From positions 17,102 to 81,101 of the forward strand of contig JAJRRH010000106.1 of NCBI GenBank assembly GCA_024279715.1: a stretch of 64,000 nt of DNA, in the 5' to 3' direction. Each line of letters opens with the position of its first letter. Within the stretch, counting starts at the first letter, position 1. The position numbers were made by a program, and so were the translations under genes. The stretch comes from Bacteroidota bacterium. Lineage in GTDB: Bacteria; Bacteroidota; Bacteroidia; Flavobacteriales_D; JABDKJ01. The notes beneath the pieces were generated by a model. That model saw only the letters and a list, made by a program, of their open reading frames with translations. It did not search any database and was not told the DNA's origin. This document shows, piece by piece, positions 47,201-54,888 of this stretch.

Positions 47201-47558
47201 CGCCATTAGCCGCTTGCACTACTATTGTATAAGTACCCGCACAGATATTTGACTTACATGTATCATTAGGGAGTCCAGTTATACAAGGTCCATCCCAAAA
47301 ATTGACTGTATATGGTGCTTCTCCGCCAATAATAGCATTTAAATCAATGCATATCATTCCATCTTCATTTCCATTACAAGATGGTTCTATTATGCTAATG
47401 GCATTACTATAGTCCCATTCCAGTACTGATTTATTCTCAGTGTTTTGGAATAACGCTTGATACTCCGCTGGAAAGTCACTCCAATCTACCTGACTATACA
47501 ATCCACTAACGACATGCATAAAGCAAATGACCAATAGATATTTAAACGAGGGTTTCAT
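38280..47558 (-). CDS. giant SprB-repeat cell-surface adhesin with T9SS type B CTD (SprB-like)
   Basis: 3092 aa with signal peptide MKPSFKYLLVICFMHVVSGLYSQ. I count about 33 units by eye of the pattern C-x-G-x3-G-x-I...GG-x2-4-[YF]-x-[YF]-x-W...G-x-Y-x-V-x-V-x-D-x3-C, which is the SprB repeat. C-terminal IPDGFSPNDDGVNDVW...IYNRWGDKLYE...GTYYYVIRL. Confidence 0.9.
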   Translation of the reverse strand: MKPSFKYLLVICFMHVVSGLYSQVDWSDFPAEYQALFQNTENKSVLEWDYSNAISIIEPSCNGNEDGMICIDLNAIIGGEAPYTVNFWDGPCITGLPNDTCKSNICAGTYTIVVQAANGDLDFTEVEVGEPSAIVVVEWNFNPPSCFGILDGGANPFVVGSAGDFTFSYNNGPFVNEPLNNNLGNPFNLTIMDGDGCITDTTFFDPTAAIEIVVDSTIQNTCFNETTGFIDIDVSGGNPIPGIGYTYSWSLNGGGQFSTSQNISNLGAGTYTVVVTDASPCTTTKDYVIEESPEILSSSSIAGITCFGDNNGGISPNISGGISPYSYNWSGPNTITNSETQINLPAGDFNLIVTDSLGCTLDADYIIEEPDSILITAVITSINCNGDNDGSIVTDITSGNPPYNTISWESPSCYNGPLDIQNLTNLCGGVYEITVFDINNCSNSATFVVDEPDAIMLDLTKTDISCFGANDGSIDLVISGGAQPPTTPVWSPMPFDVIGNGIGNLTPNTYTVVYTDDNNCVASESMEILENGEIVVTENVIDASCMQGDGSIIVDITGGVAEYELTWTNEDGDIIGNSTSIINLDAGDYTLSVLDNQDCIFEQTYTINAPEEIIIISNTFVPALCFGASNGVIDIDVVGGDGTFSYTWIGTPEAPSPNNTQDVSGLSAGVYTVVVTSGDCVSTKTFIINEDPEIVLDFDVNQISCSGYEDGAIDLSVTGSGSTFGYIWTGPACFDGATSEDIANLCEGTYIVEVTNQSGCTNSGTVVLNEPEVLDIVGDVTDITCYNTNTGEIDITVNGAITTPIYSWTGSNFNANTEDVSNLFAGDYDVTVDLNGCIATQSFTVLENDSLYLEVVLTPYPCNGSVLGSIDITPHGGTAPYTYLWTGDGITAPDNENQDQTDLSGGIYSVVVTDFLGCTYQEDFVMTPSAMIDINSIFNDINCFGEENGTIITNPTGGEEPYTFSWTGPDLFFSEQQNISNLAQGDYNLTIQDINGCISSDLFTINEPNPIELTINIIQPICGSDNGSLTINTIGGVGITTVVVMKAGVIVNDISNLGTGVYVITAEDSNNCTTTETVTLSNSDITISGNVMDVACFGGNTGSITITIDGATGTPNISWIGDGVINNPNSTVVSELIAGDYIVTVNDDNNCEAVMSFEVLENDEIIVAADVNSVFCASDTNGSIELTETIGGTGGYTYIWNSDIHDDFEASSIFDLPPGTYQLTVSDVASCTITNDYVIESVVELTITADVIDVACFGDDSGEIDIDVSGGTPSYSYLWTGGSDQQDIQNIVAGSYTVMISDENNCQADSTFVIGSNTPLFGDAIITNIDCNNEETGSIELINLGGSGNYSFNWSSVGYNSNDQDIFNLGVGEYILNIEDDLNCSFDTLLSVTENLLIEAEVAVNNVACYGDATGSLVIESLSGGQGTITPTWSPIPNGATVENGNLMNIPAGDYTLTLEDESGCIISKEYSIDNENTEISVFALIDGVDCAGDSSGSIDIDISGGVQPFNISWSGESITDPTIEDPTDLSANTYTLSITDELGCSKDTSFVVTESNLLTLDVISISHNQCYQDGTGSIDIQIEGGTPLYEYTWTDGNGVFETTQDVNGLNGGDYTVHIEDVNSCSIEQTFTINEPAELTFNLDANNSTCGLENGHAEVNEILGGIPEYSINWFNTNTAIGTGSSIDGLSPGLYMVEITDENNCSANQQFTLSDDVGNLTAMVQSLLCFGDMNGAIVVTANGMTNPISYQWTSDNNFTSSDSSITGLDGGTYTILVTDNNGCELIESYDLSDPDELELSATIFNETCPSAEDGMINLSVLGGTGIYQYNWSGMNIINPQNQDQDNLAPNVYTVSVTDDNNCEIIENYIVAPAVDFEIVESISNVTCFGSNDGSIILDLDFGSNTPIENMSFNWLGNNVDQNAQNQFNLIAGEYSVVVTTPNGCIHEETFIVSESPIIEIDVITTSSTCLLSNGSASASISGGMVAGDYTYTWLHGSGEAINDNDNIIDNISAGVYQLIATDDLNCSVSQDFVLSDVGGVLDYEVTNVSCPGLNDGAIDITYGGMTEPVGIIWSGPEGNYNPTDEDISNLILGDYTVLITAMDGCILGDIITVEEKEFITSFANITNVSCNGLSDGAIDITITGGEPEYNISWTGPNGDVTPDVNGDLSSLEVGIYTVIISDQALCWGTNSFEVIEPDPLSLVEQIIDVSCFGLNDGEVNLVNVDGGTTPYSFSWTQDENPDYNSSFQSIDNIQAGTYNVLITDDNDCTLSDSFMVNENGEIFIDITTTTSSCELPTGTATVTATGGEGGYSYEWYTSDNFLLTETGNEIGFLVQGSYYVVVSDGSDCTSTLDFLIQNEDYTVTSTITDILCYGNATGEISIELSDDFTMPIMNLSWTSSQMDNIPSNTTISNLVAGEYTLFLSDATGCPYEQTYEITQPDSLIINVVEINLNCNNDGSGSIVLSPTGGTPLTEGQNYNYNWNVPVGEIDPGNIHFSENIGAGNYSIQVVDANTCTTNVDIDITEPEPLVLVASIQDIVCESDTDGSIEVFVSGGTTEYNYDWSTGGETSSIENLTVGSYTLNFTDAKSCAIDTTFSITASVIIELQYTVDSISCYNVGDGAIDLTATGGSEQFDFIWNAQSDGNVNNIVTEDISNLLGGDYYLLLTDQISGCIKRDTLSILNPDSLYASSIVTDLMCFGNNSGMIDQETMGGTSPYEYNWTSNVPGFFEDQEDADELEAGFYSVEITDSHNCVNIYDFEITEPSAIIVVVDSTVNAFCYTSEDGSLYTTITGGSPGYILTWTNDQNDEFSGDDLTGIVSGTYSLTVTDANQCNYLETVEVGYDQEVIAIIDNQEPACDQLPVTLSGGQSIGADSYSWEDNQSQQIGTGPTVDITLGFTYNEFILTVSNNVCSHSDTLTLLVNPLPLVDAGVDQDVFPEDIVELGGDPTGPTAVAYHWEPGLLLNDSSIANPEYFNVGTQEFIVTVTDGNGCMMRDSILITLVNQVVIPDGFSPNDDGVNDVWNIANSDKFPEMEANIYNRWGDKLYESKGTYIPWDGKYEGKHVPVGTYYYVIRLHDPLFPKPFTGPLTIFR

Positions 47559-47618
47559 AGTTGAATAGTGATTGAATTTTATAATACGAGTTTTTTATAT
47601 AAAGGTTATTAAATAATT

Positions 47619-48560
47619 TTATCTGTACGCTGAGCATGGGATTTTACCGGAATAAAACTTTCCTGAACAAGCATTGATATTGAGTGATATTTCATGAGTG
47701 TTGGCACTTGCCAATCGTATTGGTGATAATGTATAATCATAAGAATAACCTACTGTAAAATGATTTAAGAATTTGAATTGAAACAATGCAGATATGGCGT
47801 CGCCATTTCGTAGAGAAACGCCTCCTGCAACTGCCTGATTGTAATCAATCATTAAATTTACGTTCACTGAAGGAATAGAGCCTGGCTCATAATATATCAT
47901 TGCACTAGGAATCATCAATGTATTCGCTCCTACTTCATAAGCCTTTCCAGAGGTTAAGAAAATATGTTGAACTAATCGAGCCTCCTTACCAATACTCCTT
48001 AATTTATTTACAGTAATAGACTTAACGGATAGTCCGAAATAAAAACGACTGTTATACAGCCAAAATCCTGGGGTAAATTCTGGTAGAATCAGTACTCTAT
48101 TCGACTGTGAATTTAATACGGGATCTAAATCTACATCTGGAATATTAAGTGAAGAACTATCAAATTTGTATTGCGCAAAACCAGCAAAAATTCCAAATGA
48201 AGCTCTTAAATCTCGTCGCCACCTAAAATGATAAGCATAAGCTAAATTGAAATTAGTACGTGTAAAAGGGGTGGTTTGGTCTGTTTCAATCACTCCACCA
48301 ATACCATGTGTTCTTTTTTTTGTTCCCTTTCCAAATTTAGAATTGGCGGCAAACACACCTGTTCTAGGAGCTCCCCTAAAGCCCACCCATTGTGTTCTAT
48401 AGGCAAAATTTATATCCAAACACTCTTTGAATCCAGCCAAAGCCGGGTTTATTACAAATTGATTAAATTTATAACTTGTGTATTGGGGTAGCTGTTGACT
48501 ATCCGCCTTATAAGAGACAAACAGAAATACAATTATCAAATATGTAATTATCTTTTTCAT
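47619..48560 (-). CDS. PorP/SprF family T9SS outer-membrane protein (second paralogue)
   Basis: Signature QQLPQYTSYKFNQFVINPALAG. 313 aa. Its start overlaps the stop of the upstream type B cargo gene by 1 nt. Confidence 0.85.
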   Translation of the reverse strand: MKKIITYLIIVFLFVSYKADSQQLPQYTSYKFNQFVINPALAGFKECLDINFAYRTQWVGFRGAPRTGVFAANSKFGKGTKKRTHGIGGVIETDQTTPFTRTNFNLAYAYHFRWRRDLRASFGIFAGFAQYKFDSSSLNIPDVDLDPVLNSQSNRVLILPEFTPGFWLYNSRFYFGLSVKSITVNKLRSIGKEARLVQHIFLTSGKAYEVGANTLMIPSAMIYYEPGSIPSVNVNLMIDYNQAVAGGVSLRNGDAISALFQFKFLNHFTVGYSYDYTLSPIRLASANTHEISLNINACSGKFYSGKIPCSAYR

Positions 48561-49639
48561 TAATATACTATCGCTACTACTCCTGCATAAAGATTTTTTT
48601 CTTCTTCCAATCTATTATCATTCAACTGGATGATATAATAGTATGTCGCTGCTGGTAAGAGGTTACCATTTATACGACCATCCCAAGGTGTGTTATAACC
48701 AATAGAACGAAATACTACCTGACCCCATCTTGAAAATACTTTTATATCTGCTTTTGGATATCTATCAATAAGAGATATTAACCAAACATCATTGAAACCA
48801 TCTTCGTTTGGCGTAAAGGCATTGTAAGGATAAATCGTGGGTAGTACTGTCACAGTAACAGTATCCGTCACCAAACATCCATCTAAAAGTGTTGTAAGTG
48901 TATAATCCGTATCGTTTGTAGGTGCCACTGAGACATTGGGTTCTGTGTTATCATTTAACAATCCTGTCAACGGGCTCCAGCTTAGCATGTCTCCATACCC
49001 AGAGGGTTGGAGGGTGGTGCTTTCTCCAAAATCTATTGTAAAATCGGGGCCAGCTGTAAAACTATTTTCTATTGCCGCTCCAGTTACATCAATATTAAAA
49101 TCACAAATGCCAGCACCAAGACTATTACTAGCATCAACGCCTCCATCTACCATAACATAATATGTTGTTTCGGGTTGTAGTCCATTAAATTCCAGTATAA
49201 CTTCTTCAGTACTGGGAGTACTGCAATCCAGGATATTATACATAGAGGCATCGCATAAATTATTTTCATCCGCCTCATAAAGTGCGGCTTCTAGACCCAT
49301 AAATAGATTATCACCATTAGGTAATGTATCTAGACAGTTAAATGAGTTTATACTAATATTGAGATATCCACCATTGCTATTAGTCGTTACAGAAAAAAAA
49401 GCAGAATTGTTGGTGTCAAAGCAAAAAGCAGAAGGACCAGCAGTCATGTTTTCCGTGCTTATTGTGTCAATAGGATTGTTATAACACAACTGCACTGGAT
49501 TGTTACAATCCTGCGCTTTAGCACTGCTAGCACTGACAAACAATAATAAAACTATACCTACTAATCTTCTCACGTTAATGTAAAAATACGTTATTCTCAA
49601 TAAATTAAAGCTACCTAATATCATACTGTTATATTCCAC
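48560..49639 (-). CDS. T9SS type B CTD cargo protein (start uncertain)
   Basis: C-terminal YNAFTPNEDGFNDVW...VFSRWGQVVFR...ATYYYIIQL. The track start is GTG 49639. An internal GTG at 49573 would give the cleaner signal peptide MRRLVGIVLLLFVSASSAKAQ. Confidence 0.8.
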   Translation of the reverse strand: MEYNSMILGSFNLLRITYFYINVRRLVGIVLLLFVSASSAKAQDCNNPVQLCYNNPIDTISTENMTAGPSAFCFDTNNSAFFSVTTNSNGGYLNISINSFNCLDTLPNGDNLFMGLEAALYEADENNLCDASMYNILDCSTPSTEEVILEFNGLQPETTYYVMVDGGVDASNSLGAGICDFNIDVTGAAIENSFTAGPDFTIDFGESTTLQPSGYGDMLSWSPLTGLLNDNTEPNVSVAPTNDTDYTLTTLLDGCLVTDTVTVTVLPTIYPYNAFTPNEDGFNDVWLISLIDRYPKADIKVFSRWGQVVFRSIGYNTPWDGRINGNLLPAATYYYIIQLNDNRLEEEKNLYAGVVAIVY

Positions 49640-49640
49640 T

Positions 49641-49679
49641 AAAAAGTTTATTCTTCACATGTTTGTGTGAACAGAATAA
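49641..49679 (-). terminator. candidate rho-independent terminator of mfd
   Basis: Minus-strand hairpin TTATTC(TG)TTCACA-CAAACA-TGTGAAGAATAA (6+6 bp with a 2-nt bulge), then AC and TTTTT. Confidence 0.5.
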
Positions 49680-49745
49680 CTTATCTATTTATTGTAAATT
49701 AGTAAAAGAAAATGTCGATAAAAAAATGGATGAATCAGATTCTTA

Positions 49746-52700
49746 CTAGGTTTTGAGTACTGATTCAAGAACTTTTAATGCCTCTTGCGTATTGGTCACA
49801 TGAATATGTACAAGTCGCAGTTTACCATTCTTTTCGGATAAACTATAACCCACGGGATTTCCTTGTATAAATCTTAGGATTTTTGTGAAAACAGCACTCT
49901 GATAGAATGAATGATTTTGGTCTGTAATAAAATAACCGATAAGCTTATCGGATTTCATTATAAGCTTCTTAATACCAAGATCTTGAGCTATCCACTTTAG
50001 AGGTAAAATCTGTAGTAATGATTCTGTTGGTAAGGGTAAAGCACCGAATCTATCTATTAATTTTTCTCGAAATATTTCGAGATCCTTTGAAGATTCAATG
50101 GCGTCTAATTCTTTGTATAGGATGATTTTTTCAGTATTTCCGGGGATGTAATTATCAGGGAACATAATTTCAAAGTCTGACTCAATTATTACATCATTGA
50201 CTGTTGGTTTATCCCGATCTTCGTCTTCAAACAGATCCTTGAATTCCTCTTCTTTCAATTCTCTGATAGCTTCATTCAGTATTTTTTGATACATCTCATA
50301 TCCAATACTACCGATAAAGCCACTTTGTTCTGACCCTAATAAATCGCCCGCACCTCTAATATCCAGATCCCTCATGGCAATATTCATTCCGCTACCCAAC
50401 TCGGTATGTTGTTCAATAGCCACTAATCTTTTTCTCGAATCATCGCTAATTAAATGCATGGGTGGGGTGATTAGATAACAATGCGCCTCCCGGTTACTTC
50501 GACCTACTCTACCTCTTAATTGGTGCAGATCACTTAGTCCAAAGTTTTGAGCATTGTTGATTATCATTGTATTGGCATTAGGAATATCGATTCCTGATTC
50601 CACTATCGTAGTACTTACTAATACATCATACTGTCCATCAATGAAATCTAACATAATGGACTCCAATTTCTTTCCCTCCATCTGACCATGACCTACTACT
50701 ACCTTTGCCTGTGGTACTAATCGTTGAATCATTCCAGCAATTTCCTGTATATTTTGAATTCTATTATTTATAAAAAACACCTGTCCACCTCTTTTTAGCT
50801 CGAAAGAAATAGCATCCCTAATCGCTTCTTCGTTGAAGGATATTAGCTCCGTATTAACAGGTTGCCTATTAGGAGGCGCCGTTTTTATTATCGAAAGATC
50901 TCTAGCACCCATTAATGAAAACTGCAATGTCCTTGGTATGGGTGTGGCTGTTAGAGTAAGGGTATCCACATTCGCTTTTAATAGTTTTAACTTGTCTTTC
51001 GCACCGACACCAAATTTTTGCTCTTCATCGATAATTAGTAAACCTAAATCCTTAAATTCTGTTCGCTTACTAAGTAGTTTGTGGGTGCCAATTAGGATAT
51101 CTATTTTTCCTTCCTTTAGGTCTTTGAAGGTTTGTGTGGTCTCTTTGGCTGTTTTAAAGCGATTGATATAGTCAACCGTTACAGGAAAATCTCGAAGTCG
51201 GGCTGAAAATGTTTTATAGTGTTGAAGAGAAAGTATTGTCGTTGGAACAAGTATAGCAACCTGCTTACTGTCAACGACGGATTTAAATGCAGCTCGTATG
51301 GCTATTTCCGTTTTACCGAAACCAACATCACCACACACAAGTCTATCCATAGGATAAGGCTTTTCCATATCTGCTTTGATATCTTGTGTAGATTTGAACT
51401 GATCGGGTGTATCTTCATACATAAATGAAGCTTCCAATTCGGTTTGAAGATAGGTATCTGGACTGAAAGCGAATCCACGTGCTTCTTTTCTTTTGGCGTA
51501 GAGTTTTATCAAATCGTACGCCAAGGTCTTCATTCGATTTTTGGTCTTGGCTTTTGTCTTTTGCCATACACCACTACCGAGCTTGTTTATCTTTGGTTCA
51601 TTACCTTCTTTTCCAGAATATTTAGCAATTCTATGAAGAGAATGAATATTGACATACATGATGTCATTTCCTTTATAAATCAAACGAATGGCTTCTTGCA
51701 TTTTACCATTAACTTCAATTTTTTCAAGGCCAGAAAATTTACCTATTCCATGATCTATGTGGGTCACATAATCCCCTGGTTGAAGCGAAAAAAGCTCTTG
51801 TAGTGTTATGGCTTCTTTTGTCTTTTTAAATCCATTTTTGAGCTTAAATCGATTATGCCTTTCAAAGATTTGGTGATCTGTGTATAGCGCAATTTTGGCT
51901 TCTTTGTCAATAAATCCTTCTTTGAGACTTATAAGAAATGGATCGAAATGAACATGATCACCAATATTGTCGAAAATATTATACAGACGCTCGATTTGTT
52001 TGGCGTTATTGGCAACTATTATGTTTCTATAACCAGATTCAATATTTTCCTTTAGGTTTTCGATTAGATGTTCGAAGTTTTTTCTAAAAATAGGTTGGGG
52101 AGAGAGATCAAAGGTAATGGTACTATCTGCCACTGTGTACTTTCTAAGCCCAAATTCAATTATAGTAAAATCAAAAGCTTTTGATTGAAAGTCTTCCCCG
52201 TTTTGAAATAATTCTTTGGGTTCTAAATGGGAGTTTTCTACTCCGTTTTTTGATTTTTTTGATCGTTTTTTATATTGTCTTTCTGCATTTTTGAACTGTT
52301 TGTTTAATCCAGATAAAATAAACTCAAAATCTTCAACAGCTATAAAGAAATCAGGGGTAAGATAATTTGTAAAATTCTCAAAATCTTCCACTAAGACATT
52401 TGAAATGATATTTGGAACAATGGTAATATTCTGTAGGTTTTGAATAGAAAGTTGAGATACTGGATCAAATGTTCTAATTGATTCTAAATCCTCTCCAAAC
52501 AATTCGATCCTGAAAGGGAACTCATTAGCAAACGAAAAAATATCGATTATCCCACCACGGATGGAAAATTGTCCTGGCTCATGCACATAATCCACTTTTG
52601 CAAATTCCAATTCTATAAGCATGTCATTGATGAAATCCATATTATTGGTTGTTCCAACGACAAGCTCAAAGCTATTGCTCTTCAATTCACGTTTACTTAT

Positions 52701-53099
52701 GACGTTTTCAGCAATGGCTTCGGGATAGGTAACAATTACTTTTGATCCTAATTTTTGGATTGATTGCAAAACCTCTGCACGAACAGCTATGTCCGAATTT
52801 TCGGTTTCATCGTCAATACTATAAGGGGTTTTATTACTGGAAGGATAAAAAAAAACTGGGGTTTTATCTTTTAGAATTGATTGAAAATCATTGTAATAAT
52901 AAGCCGCTTCCTCTTTGGTATTGGCAATAAAAAGAAGAGATTTACTAAGCTTCAAAATAGAGCCACTCAAGTAAATTGATATAGAACTTCCTGATAGTTT
53001 ATTCAGATGAATCTTCTGCCTATCTTTATTGATTAATTTATGTAATTCGGTAGCTTTGAGAGTAGATTGAAAGCTCGAAATAAGTTCATCAAATTTCAT
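49746..53099 (-). CDS. mfd: transcription-repair coupling factor
   Basis: 1117 aa. CarD/RID domain GDYVTHIDHGIGKF and SF2 helicase motifs GDVGFGKTE, DEEQKFG and RGRVGRS. Confidence 0.95.
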   Translation of the reverse strand: MKFDELISSFQSTLKATELHKLINKDRQKIHLNKLSGSSISIYLSGSILKLSKSLLFIANTKEEAAYYYNDFQSILKDKTPVFFYPSSNKTPYSIDDETENSDIAVRAEVLQSIQKLGSKVIVTYPEAIAENVISKRELKSNSFELVVGTTNNMDFINDMLIELEFAKVDYVHEPGQFSIRGGIIDIFSFANEFPFRIELFGEDLESIRTFDPVSQLSIQNLQNITIVPNIISNVLVEDFENFTNYLTPDFFIAVEDFEFILSGLNKQFKNAERQYKKRSKKSKNGVENSHLEPKELFQNGEDFQSKAFDFTIIEFGLRKYTVADSTITFDLSPQPIFRKNFEHLIENLKENIESGYRNIIVANNAKQIERLYNIFDNIGDHVHFDPFLISLKEGFIDKEAKIALYTDHQIFERHNRFKLKNGFKKTKEAITLQELFSLQPGDYVTHIDHGIGKFSGLEKIEVNGKMQEAIRLIYKGNDIMYVNIHSLHRIAKYSGKEGNEPKINKLGSGVWQKTKAKTKNRMKTLAYDLIKLYAKRKEARGFAFSPDTYLQTELEASFMYEDTPDQFKSTQDIKADMEKPYPMDRLVCGDVGFGKTEIAIRAAFKSVVDSKQVAILVPTTILSLQHYKTFSARLRDFPVTVDYINRFKTAKETTQTFKDLKEGKIDILIGTHKLLSKRTEFKDLGLLIIDEEQKFGVGAKDKLKLLKANVDTLTLTATPIPRTLQFSLMGARDLSIIKTAPPNRQPVNTELISFNEEAIRDAISFELKRGGQVFFINNRIQNIQEIAGMIQRLVPQAKVVVGHGQMEGKKLESIMLDFIDGQYDVLVSTTIVESGIDIPNANTMIINNAQNFGLSDLHQLRGRVGRSNREAHCYLITPPMHLISDDSRKRLVAIEQHTELGSGMNIAMRDLDIRGAGDLLGSEQSGFIGSIGYEMYQKILNEAIRELKEEEFKDLFEDEDRDKPTVNDVIIESDFEIMFPDNYIPGNTEKIILYKELDAIESSKDLEIFREKLIDRFGALPLPTESLLQILPLKWIAQDLGIKKLIMKSDKLIGYFITDQNHSFYQSAVFTKILRFIQGNPVGYSLSEKNGKLRLVHIHVTNTQEALKVLESVLKT

Positions 53100-53134
53100 A
53101 TCTAAATACCAATTGCTTTTATTTCGGAATTACG

Positions 53135-54124
53135 TTATTGGTTGTTCAATAACTCTTCTATTTCCTCCACCATTTTTTTGCTTCCAATAAAAAGAGGAGT
53201 GCGTTGATGGAGCTCGGTAGGTTCAATATCTAAAATAGACTGTTTTCCATCCGAAGCTTTACCACCGGCTTGTTCGGCAATAAAAGCCAAAGGATTATTT
53301 TCATACAATAATCTCAATTTACCATTAGGATTTTTTGCCGTAGCGGGATACAAATATATGCCTCCTTTAATCATATTACGATGAAAATCAGCAACTAATG
53401 ATCCAATATAACGAGCGGAATAGGATTCTTCTTTACACTTTTCGATATACTTCTTAATAGCTGGTGAAAAGGAATTATAATTACCTTCATTGATGGAGTA
53501 TATTTTTCCATCTTCTGGAAATTTCATATTGGGGTGTGACAGTACACAAACCCCTATGGAAGGATCTAGGGTGAATCCGTTCACCCCTTTGCCTGTACTA
53601 TAGACAAGCATTGTAGATGATTCAGAAATAACATATCCAGCAGCTCCTTGCTTTTTGACTTGTTGCAAGAAATCATCCATTGTCGCAAGTTGTCCAACTG
53701 GACTTACTCTACGATAAATTGAAAAAATAGTGCCTATTGATACATTCACATCAATATTAGAAGATCCATCCAATGGATCCATCAAGACGATATAACTGCC
53801 GTTTTTTGCAGCTTCAGATTCAAAGGCAATATAGTCGTCATTCTCTTCAGAACCGATTCCACAAATCTCTTCTTGTGCAAGCATGGCAGCAATGAATTGC
53901 TCATCTGCATAAACGTCAAGTTTCTGCTGTTCTTCGTCCTGAATATTAACTGTACCAGCTGCACCAATAATATCTTCAAGCAATCCTGCTTTGCCAACCT
54001 CTCGGTTCACTATTTTGGCAGCCAATCGGAGGGCTGATAAAATACGAGATAGCTCCCCTTTAGCATAAGGAAAATCTGCTTGCTTGGCAGTAATAAATTC
54101 GTTTAAGGTTATAATTTTTTTCAT
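53135..54124 (-). CDS. fbp: class 1 fructose-1,6-bisphosphatase
   Basis: 329 aa with the metal-binding motif [10 protein letters not shown] and GKLRLLYE. Confidence 0.95.
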   Translation of the reverse strand: MKKIITLNEFITAKQADFPYAKGELSRILSALRLAAKIVNREVGKAGLLEDIIGAAGTVNIQDEEQQKLDVYADEQFIAAMLAQEEICGIGSEENDDYIAFESEAAKNGSYIVLMDPLDGSSNIDVNVSIGTIFSIYRRVSPVGQLATMDDFLQQVKKQGAAGYVISESSTMLVYSTGKGVNGFTLDPSIGVCVLSHPNMKFPEDGKIYSINEGNYNSFSPAIKKYIEKCKEESYSARYIGSLVADFHRNMIKGGIYLYPATAKNPNGKLRLLYENNPLAFIAEQAGGKASDGKQSILDIEPTELHQRTPLFIGSKKMVEEIEELLNNQ

Positions 54125-54133
54125 TTATCGATA

Positions 54134-54823
54134 TTATATATTCACTTCACATAAGTACTTTTCTACAAATTCACGTACACATCCTCGCCCACCCTCTTTT
54201 GCGAGAATTACACTTGATATTTCTTTGATTCTATCAACCGCATCTGATGGACATGCAGCAACCCCAACTTTTTGCATAACATTAAAATCATTTATATCAT
54301 CTCCTATGAAAGCAACTTCTGACCATTTTATATTGAGTTTATTTACCCAATCTTCTAATACATCTTCTTTTTTCAACTGACCGACGTATACATTTTGTAT
54401 TCCAAGTGTTCTAGCCCGTTGTTCTATGATTTCATTCTTAAACCCTGAACTAATTATTCCTACTTGTCCTCCTTGTTTGATGAAAGATATAATACCTCTA
54501 CCATCCTTGGTGTTGAATTTTTTAATTTCATCATTATCAGCTGTATAATACATGCCTCCATCCGTCATGACACCATCAATATCAAGTATCAATAATTTAA
54601 TATCTTTCCTTTTATTTAAAACCAACTTAAGGTCTTCTTTGATGAGTTTATCTATGCTTAATTGAAAATAATTAGATAGTTTAAGTAAATCTTCGGCATA
54701 AATTTTCGCTCCTGCAAGAGATATTTCCAGGGTTTTGGAAAGATCGTCTGGGCTCTTGCCCTCCTTTTCCAACAGATACTGTAGGTTTTTATCGAAATAG
54801 TTTTTCATCATCGGATACAACAA
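54134..54823 (-). CDS. KdsC-family HAD phosphatase with an N-terminal HTH-like extension of about 65 aa
   Basis: HAD motif I ILDIDGVMTDG, FNTKDGRGI and GDDINDFNVMQKVGVAACPSDA fit the 3-deoxy-ulosonate-phosphate phosphatase family. The N-terminus KNLQYLLEKEGKSPDDLSKTLEISLAGAKIYAEDLLKLSNYFQLSIDKLI looks like an XRE-type HTH. Confidence 0.75.
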   Translation of the reverse strand: MLYPMMKNYFDKNLQYLLEKEGKSPDDLSKTLEISLAGAKIYAEDLLKLSNYFQLSIDKLIKEDLKLVLNKRKDIKLLILDIDGVMTDGGMYYTADNDEIKKFNTKDGRGIISFIKQGGQVGIISSGFKNEIIEQRARTLGIQNVYVGQLKKEDVLEDWVNKLNIKWSEVAFIGDDINDFNVMQKVGVAACPSDAVDRIKEISSVILAKEGGRGCVREFVEKYLCEVNI

Positions 54824-54888
54824 GAACCATTTACCTTGTTTTAAGATTGCGAAGGTACATATAATAGAACCATAGACGCAATAGGATA

